From IMG/VR virus record IMGVR_UViG_3300025892_001683, positions 1 through 52,747 of that record: a DNA stretch of 52,747 bases, one strand, 5' to 3'. The notes beneath the pieces were generated by a model. That model was not told the origin of the DNA. It was given only the letters and a program-made list of their open reading frames with translations, and did not search any database. The translations under genes and the position numbers were made by a program. Each line of letters begins with the position of its first letter. Position 1 is the stretch's first letter. Below, piece by piece: positions 9,088-18,101 of the stretch. Source of the stretch: a virus (lineage: Duplodnaviria > Caudoviricetes).

Positions 9088-10953
9088 CTATTCTTGTATT
9101 TCTTTTGTCTTCTTGATTTGTTGTTTTCCCTCTTTTTCTATCCAATTTAGATATTCTCTCTTTTTTTTTAATTCTTCTTGGTCCTCTACAACTTCTGTGT
9201 AGATAGGCTTGCCAACTTTGATTTCTTTTTCTAAGTCTGGCATAATTTTAAATTTAGAGTTTTCGTGTGGTGCTGTTACTTCTTCGTATAACTCTTGCCA
9301 TTCTTTAGTAGTATCTTCTTCGTGGTCTGGTTTTGGTTGTAAATGTTTCATCCAAGGCAAAGTTTCTATTTTACCTTCATCAAGTAATTTTCTACTAAAT
9401 TTTACACTGTTGCGTTCGTCTTCTGCTTTCCATTTAGTAATAGCAATTCTTTCTTCTTCCGACGTGTTTAGTAGTTCTGGATCGTCTTCAGCAGCCTTAT
9501 TAGCAGCCTCTACCCATTCATTCCATTTATCTAAATCGTTACCTGGAACTTCAACTTCTTTTTCAAAATCAAGTTCCATTTGATCTTCGTCTGCATATAA
9601 TTTCTTTTCGTATTCATATCCTTCCATAGCCATTTCATGTAAAGTCTGTTCTTTAGGTTCAGGATCTACGTCTGGCCATAGTAGGAATTGATCAGTGTTT
9701 TTTTTTGACAGTACTGGCGGAACGTTTTCTGCTATCTTCTTTGCACGATTGAACTCATCGTTTCTACGATGTGCTTCATTCCACTCTTCGTCTGAATAAG
9801 GAGGTCCTGGCTCAGGATCTGGATTTGGCTTTCCCGGCAAATCACCGCCTTTGTTCTTGCGATGCCAATTAAATGTATATTGGCTTGCAATTAATAGTAA
9901 TACAGCAAGCGGATCGAACACGAATATAATAATTATAATCACCCATCTTACTGCTGCCTCTAGTAAGTTTTGATTTGCATCTTCACCATATATGAATTCT
10001 GCAATATACTTAATAGGACCTACTTCTGCTTCTAGTTTACGATACTCTTTTTCGTAACCAAATTTTTCTTCGTTAACTGCATCTATCTTAACCTGCTCGT
10101 TTTCAATAAAACCTTCTAGTTCTACTACACGGCCATCAATATCTACTGTTTTTGTATTTGCTTGATTACGTAGGTTTTGAATACGATCATTGATTGCTTT
10201 GAGATCAGCACTGTATTTGCCTTCAACTTTAGATAAGTCTTCATCTAGTTTTGTATTGATTGCAAGTATTTCTTTTTGTGCTCTTGATGCTACACTTAGT
10301 TCATTATTCTTTGCTTTTTTAACTGCATCATCATATGCTTTTGTTCCGCCGAATGATCCTTCAAACTTTTTCTCAGCGGCGGTAATTTCTGCATCACGTC
10401 TATCCTGTGCTTGTTTGATACGTGTTTGTTGCTGTTCAACTTTAAATTTAGCATCTGCTCTTAATGCATCTTTTTCTGCGTTAATACGAGCATAAATTTT
10501 ATCTAAGCCTAGTTCTTCTTTTTCAATAAGGCTGTCTACACGTACATCATCGCCACTCATTAAACGATCTAATTCAGTACGCCATCTTTCAATTTTTGCT
10601 TGACTTCGTGTTTCTTTTTCATCAAGTGTTTCTATAAGAGCAACTTGTTCTTGCGACATACTTGTCTGTTCAATATGTGCTTTAGATAAGAAGCCAAAAA
10701 TACCCATGCTTGTAATAAACATGAGTATGAATACTGCTAAAGAAAGATAAGTTTTTAACCACCATGTAGCACGATCCCAATATCGATGGAGCCAAACTGC
10801 TGTAACTAACTTACCTACTTCTAATGCTACACCCATAACTATAATGGGGATAACTGCGGCCGCAAAGATTGCGGCTAAACCTGCTACACTGTAGTAGATT
10901 GCTATTGCACTAATCGTAAGTGCAGATAAAAATGTTAGTATTCCAAATATCAT
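9088..10953 (-). CDS. Inner-membrane protein with long coiled coil and acidic tail; probable -1 frameshift extension to 9020
   Basis: Three N-terminal TM helices, coiled coil, KLEAEVGPIKYIA and FVFDPLAV TM segment. Confidence 0.75.
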   Translation of the reverse strand: MIFGILTFLSALTISAIAIYYSVAGLAAIFAAAVIPIIVMGVALEVGKLVTAVWLHRYWDRATWWLKTYLSLAVFILMFITSMGIFGFLSKAHIEQTSMSQEQVALIETLDEKETRSQAKIERWRTELDRLMSGDDVRVDSLIEKEELGLDKIYARINAEKDALRADAKFKVEQQQTRIKQAQDRRDAEITAAEKKFEGSFGGTKAYDDAVKKAKNNELSVASRAQKEILAINTKLDEDLSKVEGKYSADLKAINDRIQNLRNQANTKTVDIDGRVVELEGFIENEQVKIDAVNEEKFGYEKEYRKLEAEVGPIKYIAEFIYGEDANQNLLEAAVRWVIIIIIFVFDPLAVLLLIASQYTFNWHRKNKGGDLPGKPNPDPEPGPPYSDEEWNEAHRRNDEFNRAKKIAENVPPVLSKKNTDQFLLWPDVDPEPKEQTLHEMAMEGYEYEKKLYADEDQMELDFEKEVEVPGNDLDKWNEWVEAANKAAEDDPELLNTSEEERIAITKWKAEDERNSVKFSRKLLDEGKIETLPWMKHLQPKPDHEEDTTKEWQELYEEVTAPHENSKFKIMPDLEKEIKVGKPIYTEVVEDQEELKKKREYLNWIEKEGKQQIKKTKEIQE

Positions 10954-10962
10954 TGTATATAT

Positions 10963-11364
10963 TTATTCCCTATGCCAAGTCCAATTACTATCCATATTAC
11001 TAAAGCATGCCGATACCGCTTTAGTTTTGTGTTTACCATGTGCTATTACACTTAAATGTAAGCGCCTGCAATACCCGTCACTCACAGGCCATGTAACAAC
11101 TGGGACAGAGTATCCACTAGCATCATTTAGATACCATTTTACTTTGCCACCATTCTCTGCATATTCTAATGCATGTATAATGCTCTGATGATATGCTATC
11201 TTTTGTTGATTGTCAAGTTTCTTATTCCAGCCAAACCCAAACTCTACTAGTCTAGGTATAATACCATTAGAACTATATTCATAGAACTTAGGATCCCACA
11301 TAGTTTCAGCATAAGATGCTGTGCTAATAGTTAATGCCAGTATTAATGATTTCCCAAGTACCAT
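10963..11364 (-). CDS. Secreted protein, 17-kDa surface-antigen-like
   Basis: Signal peptide; ALE...G..V.W...CR......AC....W pattern; start uncertain (11364 or 11403). Confidence 0.55.
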   Translation of the reverse strand: MVLGKSLILALTISTASYAETMWDPKFYEYSSNGIIPRLVEFGFGWNKKLDNQQKIAYHQSIIHALEYAENGGKVKWYLNDASGYSVPVVTWPVSDGYCRRLHLSVIAHGKHKTKAVSACFSNMDSNWTWHRE

Positions 11365-11659
11365 CAGGTTTTTGACAACTGATTCCGCGCCTTTGAACAT
11401 CATGACCTCCTAGTTTTGTCCAGTAAGTAAACTCTCCGCAATTAGGTGCCATTCCGCTTTTAACTGCAAAAAGTTTTTTTATGTTATCGTCTGTGCATTC
11501 TATCAGAGTAACACTGTCAACAGTTTGTCCGTTCTGAACAACAATTTCTTCTGATGTGTTACAGTACTGTGGCTTTTCTGCCTGCACTAGTGGTTGGTTA
11601 GTAGAAGCGCAAGCAGTAAGTAAAACAGCACTTGTTATGATTAGTGCTATTTTAAACAT
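11324..11659 (-). CDS. Lipoprotein
   Basis: Lipobox LLTAC; four further Cys. Confidence 0.7.
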   Translation of the reverse strand: MFKIALIITSAVLLTACASTNQPLVQAEKPQYCNTSEEIVVQNGQTVDSVTLIECTDDNIKKLFAVKSGMAPNCGEFTYWTKLGGHDVQRRGISCQKPDGTWEIINTGINY

Positions 11660-12150
11660 TACTGTACCTGCTTTGCTTCTTGGATTAACCTATCGAATAC
11701 ATCGAGCGGCATCTTAATTCGTACATAAGTGTGTACTCGGCCTGTACTTGCCAATTCGTATGAGTACTTCTTAACTTCAAGATGTTCTCTAATAGTTGTA
11801 TTCTTAACGAGATGTTCTACTCTGGTACGATCGCTTCTCTTGTCGTTTTGGATGTCGACAACAGTTGAACTGTTAACTGTACCGTTGATTCTTTCTGCAT
11901 AGCCTTTTACAGCAAATGCATAAGCCTGCGATTCACTTGCTTGTTCATAGATACTTTCTCCCATGCCACATGCATAAGCATAATCGTCTTTCCAAAATAA
12001 GAAACCTTCTGAACCAATTTGTTCACATTCGATATACCAATTTGGATTTGCTTTTGTTTCACGTACTTCTATAGTTTTCATTGACGAACAAGCACCTAAT
12101 AAACTTAGTGTTGCTACTGTCAATACTGCCTTTGTTATTGCCTTTTTCAT
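11659..12150 (-). CDS. Lipoprotein (LPP20-like)
   Basis: Lipobox LLGAC; P.W..., ACGMGES...A...A pattern. Confidence 0.65.
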   Translation of the reverse strand: MKKAITKAVLTVATLSLLGACSSMKTIEVRETKANPNWYIECEQIGSEGFLFWKDDYAYACGMGESIYEQASESQAYAFAVKGYAERINGTVNSSTVVDIQNDKRSDRTRVEHLVKNTTIREHLEVKKYSYELASTGRVHTYVRIKMPLDVFDRLIQEAKQVQ

Positions 12151-12234
12151 AGTTTTACCTTTCCGGTTTTGTATTTAACAAGTACATAATACTATAAATT
12201 TCTGTACTTGTCAAGTGTTTTCTTTCCAAAATGA

Positions 12235-12810
12235 TTATCTGGAAACATAAAATATATGCAATCCAATCCTTCCAATAAGATGCATACTCTTGTTCCAACT
12301 AGGATCAACATAAGTTGCGTGATAGTGTGTTGCACCATCTGATATACCTCTTAGATAGTCGAAGTGATACATTTTGTAAGCAATCTCTTGTGCCTGTCGC
12401 CATTTATCGCCTTTTGGTTGATCATCAGGCTTACCATCGCAATACCAACTGAATTGGCAACGATGTTTAATTGGAACTTCTTTTCCTTTTTCTTCCTTCC
12501 ACCATTTTGAAATTGGTCCTTGCTTCACAACACTACAAATATCATTTGGATAACGTGTGTCATAAACTCTGTTTAATACTACGTCAGCAACTGCTGCCAT
12601 GCCTGCAAGATTATCTGTACGTGATTCGTAATAGATATTCTGTGCTAGACAAAACTCTTTTGGATTAGATTCTGCTGTGTAATATTGTGTTGTCGTATTG
12701 TTCGAGTTGTCCATCAACGTCTCAGTACGAGCATCTAGAGCGAATGTCGTAGATACTGTAGCGATAACAATTAACATTGCTAATGATGAATATTTCATAA
12801 TAGTGTACAT
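12235..12810 (-). CDS. Cell wall hydrolase, SleB/Hydrolase_2 family
   Basis: CLAQNIYYESR, VVLNRV, CQFSWYCDG, GATHYHA, IGLHIFY. Confidence 0.92.
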   Translation of the reverse strand: MYTIMKYSSLAMLIVIATVSTTFALDARTETLMDNSNNTTTQYYTAESNPKEFCLAQNIYYESRTDNLAGMAAVADVVLNRVYDTRYPNDICSVVKQGPISKWWKEEKGKEVPIKHRCQFSWYCDGKPDDQPKGDKWRQAQEIAYKMYHFDYLRGISDGATHYHATYVDPSWNKSMHLIGRIGLHIFYVSR

Positions 12811-12937
12811 CCTTTATTTAAAATGTTAAGAAGTATAGATAACATAGTAGTTTAGTTACAACCTGATATGCAAATCATAAAGACTTCATTACCAAAAATC
12901 TTTACAATAATAGCAAGTATTAAAATACCTTCTAACA

Positions 12938-13402
12938 TCAGTTTCTCCTCATTTGTGCAATTTCAGTTGCCTGTTTACTACCTGTCTTGTCATCGTCATC
13001 TGCAAACACAGGAACAAGATTACTTTTGTGCATCATTGCAATACCTACAAGTTTACGCTCGCCTGTGTACTGCATTGATTCTTTCTTAGTGCAAGGAGCA
13101 AATGTATGCTCACTCTTAAGACTAGGAATGTTTTCTGTTTCTCTACGTGTTGGACCACTGTAGTGCCAAGGTGTACGCATAATAGTTTCTGTCTTACGTT
13201 TTGGTTTGTATTCGCCACGCATATATTTTACAAAGTCATCTAGTTTCTCAAACTGAAAACTGTGCAAGTTTTTCTTACGCATATCTTTGTTATGCTGTCG
13301 CCATTGAATAGTATACTTCTCAAGTTGACCTTGAGTTACAGGTTTCTTCTTACGTTTTTTTGTGTTGATGGTTGTAAGACCACGTGCAAGGTGCATTGTC
13401 AT
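12938..13402 (-). CDS. Phage hypothetical protein
   Basis: ORF track; basic protein with YTG...GIAMMHKSNLVPVF C-terminal block. Confidence 0.75.
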   Translation of the reverse strand: MTMHLARGLTTINTKKRKKKPVTQGQLEKYTIQWRQHNKDMRKKNLHSFQFEKLDDFVKYMRGEYKPKRKTETIMRTPWHYSGPTRRETENIPSLKSEHTFAPCTKKESMQYTGERKLVGIAMMHKSNLVPVFADDDDKTGSKQATEIAQMRRN

Positions 13403-13403
13403 A

Positions 13404-13667
13404 TTAGGCTCCTAATGCGTAATCGTTAATGTTAAAGTTATCGGAACACACTGCTTGCCAACGTTCTGCAATTGCTCTAGTGTGTTTGCACTTGCCGTGC
13501 ATTGTCATGCCCATACAGTCGCAAGTAAAGCCTTTCTTAGTAAACTCAACTGTGTATGAATTACCACGACTACCTTCTATAGGATACTCAGTATCTACTG
13601 CCCAGTGTTTACTCATATCCATAAAATTTACTTTAAGATATCTTGGTCCGTATTTGTTCTTTGCCAT
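13404..13667 (-). CDS. SWIM zinc-finger protein
   Basis: GSRGNSYTV...CDC...CKH. Confidence 0.8.
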   Translation of the reverse strand: MAKNKYGPRYLKVNFMDMSKHWAVDTEYPIEGSRGNSYTVEFTKKGFTCDCMGMTMHGKCKHTRAIAERWQAVCSDNFNINDYALGA

Positions 13668-13712
13668 TTGTGCCTCTCTATTGCCTAATTAATATATACA
13701 GTATACTACCTT

Positions 13713-14372
13713 TTATAGTAATTGTCTAGCATTAATTGTGTCCAAAATGATAGCACTATACAATTCGTTAGTACTCCAAGGAGCAATATGCGGAACTAAT
13801 AGTTCGTAATTCCAAGTTTCAGCCCATTTAGATTGTCTTGCTCTTTCTATTCGAAAGTCTGCATATGCAGGATGCCTATTTAGAATATCAATGGCATCTT
13901 GTACACTTTGACACTTTGTTGGGTATGTTCGTACCCCAAACCTAGCATCGGGTAGATCTAAGGGTTTGAGTTGTGGAATTTTTGGATCCCAAGTTCTAAT
14001 ACCAAATAGGTTATTACCTTCTTTAGCAAACCTACTTGTACCCCATCCACTTTCAATACCAGCCATAGCAATAATTAAACCTTTAGGTATTCGTTTGTCG
14101 TGATGTACTGTAAAGTTAAGATAATCTACACAATCGCTAACTGCTTGTGTAAATGATTCTGGTGAGTTGTATTTGAAGTCTGGTTCGTGTAGTCCAAGAT
14201 CACTAGCACGATCTAGTATTAAACTTTCAATCTTATATACTAATTTTTCTTTGATATGAGCATTTGGATAGAATGTACCTGTTCCGAACGCTCCTGATAT
14301 TAGTAATAATGTAACCAGTATAAAGAATATTTTGCCTTTGATAGTGCCTAAAAACTTATTAAACCTAGCCAT
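13713..14372 (-). CDS. Glucosaminidase (GH73/Bax-like) with membrane anchor
   Basis: IAMAGIESGWGTSRFAKEGNNLFGI, LNRHPAY..FR; N-terminal TM. Confidence 0.88.
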   Translation of the reverse strand: MARFNKFLGTIKGKIFFILVTLLLISGAFGTGTFYPNAHIKEKLVYKIESLILDRASDLGLHEPDFKYNSPESFTQAVSDCVDYLNFTVHHDKRIPKGLIIAMAGIESGWGTSRFAKEGNNLFGIRTWDPKIPQLKPLDLPDARFGVRTYPTKCQSVQDAIDILNRHPAYADFRIERARQSKWAETWNYELLVPHIAPWSTNELYSAIILDTINARQLL

Positions 14373-14445
14373 TATATGCCTTTCGTTTGTTAATTATAGT
14401 TTATATTGTATATTATATGCAACATAATGTCAAGTATTTTTTACA

Positions 14446-15177
14446 CTATTGTTGCCAAACTGCTGCACTATATCCTTTACCGTTTGTGTCGCCACCTACA
14501 TTATCTAGTTCTTCATTGTTATATGAAATAGTGTGTATAACATCTTCACCATTAGGTGCTTCACTATATTGGATCTTAAGTTTCTTAGGATCAAAGTCAC
14601 CTACAGTTTCAACAGTTGCATCAAAGAATGTACCTTTTTCCATACTTAACATTTGTATGATGTAAGTTCCTTTGTCGGGATATAAGTCTTCAATTGGGTC
14701 TAAGATTTCTGTTTCCCAATCAGTTTCTTCACTAATAGCACTTGCAAGTTCATTGATATCTTTGTTCGCTATAACTTCATTTATATGGGTAGCATTGTAA
14801 TCGTTACTATCAACTTCGTCAACGTTTATGTTTCCACTATCAATACTAACACTATTAATGTGTTCAAACTCTGACGGCATCTCATACCAACTGCTGCGCC
14901 ATTCTTCTCCGTCACTATCCGGACTCATTAGAAAGTCTGCTTCAGGTGGTACACTATCAATGTCTTCGAATTCAAAATCATCATCTTGTGCATTAAGAAG
15001 ATAGTTGCATAAATCACCATCGCCGTGATCCTCTACTACTTTTTTCCAAAAGTCATGTGCTTCTTTTGTGAGTGTGCCGTAAGCGTGTTCGCCACCATAC
15101 CCATAAATTTGTATGCGATAATAACGCTTGCCTTTAATTGTTTCTACTAGTTCTTGCTTCTGTTCTAATGTTGCCAT
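14446..15177 (-). CDS. Acidic hypothetical protein
   Basis: ORF track; AAGGA SD. Confidence 0.75.
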   Translation of the reverse strand: MATLEQKQELVETIKGKRYYRIQIYGYGGEHAYGTLTKEAHDFWKKVVEDHGDGDLCNYLLNAQDDDFEFEDIDSVPPEADFLMSPDSDGEEWRSSWYEMPSEFEHINSVSIDSGNINVDEVDSNDYNATHINEVIANKDINELASAISEETDWETEILDPIEDLYPDKGTYIIQMLSMEKGTFFDATVETVGDFDPKKLKIQYSEAPNGEDVIHTISYNNEELDNVGGDTNGKGYSAAVWQQ

Positions 15178-15313
15178 TTTCTACTTCCTTTACCAGAATA
15201 TCTAATAACTCAATAAATTCATGAACAGCCTTTAACTTTTCTTCCTGACTGGTATTACCATTAACAGTTTTCAAAAGTTTAGGATATTCTTTGGTTAGAG
15301 TTTTATTAATCAT
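15134..15313 (-). CDS. Small hypothetical protein (59 aa)
   Basis: Translated by hand: MINKTLTKEYPKLL...; follows TTGACT-N17-TATAAT; fills the intergenic gap. Confidence 0.55.
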   Translation of the reverse strand: MINKTLTKEYPKLLKTVNGNTSQEEKLKAVHEFIELLDILVKEVENGNIRTEARTSRNN

Positions 15314-15343
15314 TCTTAATTATATGACAGTTTAGAATTAAAG

Positions 15344-16417
15344 TCAAGAAGAAATTAACGTTTGCTGGTACGGATCAACATCCAAATACTTGCCCCATTC
15401 TGTATAGTAATGGCGCATGCCTACTTCATCGTGTATGGTTCCGTTCTCATGTCTACCATGCAATATGTTACGTGCTTCTGTGCCTTCACGCATTGTAGTT
15501 CCTTGTCCTGCTACACCAATTAGGTCTTCATGTAGGTTACGCCCGAACGGTCCCCATATGCTGTTGTGATGATTGATACGTGTGCGTCTTTCTTCTGGTG
15601 TGTCTTTGCGTAGTCCATAACCTCTAAACTCTATAAGCACTTTGTTAGGACCTAATGGAGTAACACTGTCGCTTCTATACGCACTGCCACGCAAGTTAAA
15701 ATTAAAGCCTGGGAACAAGTCTACCATATACCATTGGTTGGGCGGCAGATTAGGAAAGGACAGTTCGCCTCTATCTTCAAAGCCTTCATACTCTTCGTAG
15801 TTGACAGTGAATGAACTTACATTTACATGTCCGTTGTCAAAAGGTATATTCTTACGTGCAAAGTATTCATCATTGAATCCGCTTACACGATTGAAGTAGT
15901 GCATGAAGTCGTGATAGAATTCACTGTTAGTATCGTGCCAAAGTTTGTAGTTTGTATCTATAACTGCTTTGTGATAATGAAACACTTCCATTTCTTCTGT
16001 GTCAATAGCATCTGCTATACAATCAAATGCCCCTGCTGTCCACTCTTCAACACTCTGTGTAGGATTAGGATCAAGTGTTACCCATACCATACCTCCGTGC
16101 TTTACTTCACAGTGTAGTTTAGGTTCACTTGTTACGACAGGTGCTTTAAATGTACCGCTTGGCTGACTAATTCCATAGTTTCGCCATGCATGAACACGTT
16201 TGCCAGTATTGTATGCAAGTACGTTTACACCTGCTATCTGTGAAGTTCTAAAGTCTCCTTGATTATACATTTCACTAATGTGACATATAGGCACCCATAC
16301 CTTTGAAAAGATATGTTCTTGTTCTTGTGCAAATATTTCTGGACTATTGTAGGCTGTGCTACTGATTGATTCTACGTTTGGTTGTGCTAACCAATTCTTA
16401 TGATTACGTGGTGGCAT
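15344..16417 (-). CDS. Ring-hydroxylating oxygenase alpha-subunit homologue (methanesulfonate monooxygenase MsmA-like) lacking the Rieske ligands
   Basis: Y.SPEIFAQEQEHIFSKVWVPICH N-terminus; NYKLWHDTNSEFYHDFMH and HEDL mononuclear-iron motifs; no CxH or CxxH. Confidence 0.8.
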   Translation of the reverse strand: MPPRNHKNWLAQPNVESISSTAYNSPEIFAQEQEHIFSKVWVPICHISEMYNQGDFRTSQIAGVNVLAYNTGKRVHAWRNYGISQPSGTFKAPVVTSEPKLHCEVKHGGMVWVTLDPNPTQSVEEWTAGAFDCIADAIDTEEMEVFHYHKAVIDTNYKLWHDTNSEFYHDFMHYFNRVSGFNDEYFARKNIPFDNGHVNVSSFTVNYEEYEGFEDRGELSFPNLPPNQWYMVDLFPGFNFNLRGSAYRSDSVTPLGPNKVLIEFRGYGLRKDTPEERRTRINHHNSIWGPFGRNLHEDLIGVAGQGTTMREGTEARNILHGRHENGTIHDEVGMRHYYTEWGKYLDVDPYQQTLISS

Positions 16418-16491
16418 GGTTTCTCCTTATGCTATATTTAAATTATTATAGCACAGAAAAAATATAAAATCTAATAGACTGTGTCTATTGA

Positions 16492-16773
16492 TTAATAGTA
16501 AGGATTGTTAAAGTTTGGATCGTCCATTCCGTCAACTGCTGTTACTTCTGGAATGTAATGTTTAAGCATATTCTCGACACCCAATTTAAGAGTAACTGTA
16601 CTACTTGCACAGCCGGAACATGATCCTTGTAGTAAAACACTTACACGGCCTGTTTTCTGATCAAAGTCTTCAAACTTAATAAAACCTCCGTGTTGTTCTA
16701 CAGCAGGTTGTACCTGCTCGTCGATAATTTTATTAATTCTAATAACTGTATCGTTGTATTCTTCTTTATTCAT
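16492..16773 (-). CDS. NifU/NfuA-type Fe-S carrier domain
   Basis: VQPAVEQHGG, LQGSCSGCASSTVTLKLGVE. Confidence 0.92.
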   Translation of the reverse strand: MNKEEYNDTVIRINKIIDEQVQPAVEQHGGFIKFEDFDQKTGRVSVLLQGSCSGCASSTVTLKLGVENMLKHYIPEVTAVDGMDDPNFNNPYY

Positions 16774-16821
16774 ATAGGTATTTATCGTACAACTTGCCTC
16801 TAGGGGTAAGAAAATTTAGCC

Positions 16822-16851
16822 AAAAAGAAAGGGTGCCGTTGCCGACACCCC
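16822..16851 (-). terminator. Rho-independent terminator
   Basis: GGGTGTCG-GCAA-CGGCACCC followed by TTTCTTTTT. Confidence 0.8.
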
Positions 16852-16857
16852 CACAGT

Positions 16858-17922
16858 TTAAGCGAACTGTTTTGCTATTTCTCTTTCTGCTTCAGTAGCC
16901 ATCTCCTTATCCCATTTGTCCAAATGCTTTTTCATAAAGCGATTGAACACAGGAGGAATTAATGCTAATGCAAAAAGTGTGAAGTAACCTACACCTGTGT
17001 TAGGTGCGCCTACTTCGTCAAGTTCCCAGAAGTGTGTTTCACCTCTGTCATGATGATCAGCCTGGCGACCAATCTCTATGAAGAACCAACTTGTGAATAA
17101 TGTAGAATTATCCCATGAGTGTCTATAGTCTATTGGTTCGCTCTTAACACGAATCAAACCATAGTGTTCAAGATAGTTAAGTGCTTCAAGTTCGAAGTTT
17201 GATATTAACCAAACAAGTCCGATACATGCGACACCTAACCAACCACCTGCAAAGAAAAACAATGCAAGTGTAGGTACACTCATCATGTAACCTCTTATCC
17301 ATCTGTTACTTACGGATAAGAAAGGTTTACCTAAACGTTTCAATCTACCACGTTCCATTTCAAACAAGAACTTACTTTGTCCTAAGTGTGATTTAGCATA
17401 GTGTGAATAGATATCACGTCCTCTAGGTGCAGTTGCAGGATCATCTTCACTTGCTAATTCCAAGTGATGATTGTACACATGAGCATAACAGAAATGTGCT
17501 GAACCACTTAGTCCCATCATCCAACGACTTATTACAAATGCAATGCCTTTGGTGTGCGATAGTTCATGCCCATAGATTATACCTATGCCTGCAAATATAC
17601 CTGTTGATAGTGTAGCACCTAATAGTTCTGCACCTGCCATACCATTAAATATTTGGTAAGCAAGAGCTAACTGTAATGCTACAAAGACTGGCAACATCAA
17701 ATACATAACCATATTCTGTAACCAGGGGATACCTAAGGTCTCTCCATTCTCATCAACTGCTCCACGAGTGTGTTTAGTGATAAGTGTGTCAAGTATAATG
17801 CCTACTCCCAATAAGCCTACACCTGTCCATGCCCATGCTCCACCTGCCAACACTCCTGCGAGTGTTACAAGTATTAACAATGGTGCTATGAAGTACCTTA
17901 TGTTTACGAAAAGTTTATTCAT
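16858..17922 (-). CDS. AlkB/XylM-like membrane di-iron hydroxylase
   Basis: HELSH, HVYNHH, NYLEHYG and QADHH His boxes; EDDPATA; TM helices; start 17922 has GGGAG SD. Confidence 0.85.
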   Translation of the reverse strand: MNKLFVNIRYFIAPLLILVTLAGVLAGGAWAWTGVGLLGVGIILDTLITKHTRGAVDENGETLGIPWLQNMVMYLMLPVFVALQLALAYQIFNGMAGAELLGATLSTGIFAGIGIIYGHELSHTKGIAFVISRWMMGLSGSAHFCYAHVYNHHLELASEDDPATAPRGRDIYSHYAKSHLGQSKFLFEMERGRLKRLGKPFLSVSNRWIRGYMMSVPTLALFFFAGGWLGVACIGLVWLISNFELEALNYLEHYGLIRVKSEPIDYRHSWDNSTLFTSWFFIEIGRQADHHDRGETHFWELDEVGAPNTGVGYFTLFALALIPPVFNRFMKKHLDKWDKEMATEAEREIAKQFA

Positions 17923-18101
17923 TGTGTTTCTCCCGGCTTTCGCCTGTAGTTTATCACAATGTTCGTAATAGAACCTTTCTATTACTTTACTATAATACTG
18001 TAACACAATAAGTGAACAGTGTCAAGTATATACAAGTATTTAATAGATCGACGGAAAAACCACCGTGTTATAGAATATAGGTAGATACTAATATACTAGG
18101 G

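Noticed and set aside
9088-9090. TAG readthrough or stop-codon recoding
   Set aside because: The protein-like continuation is in the -1 frame, not in frame; conserved genes are intact under the standard code and no suppressor tRNA is seen
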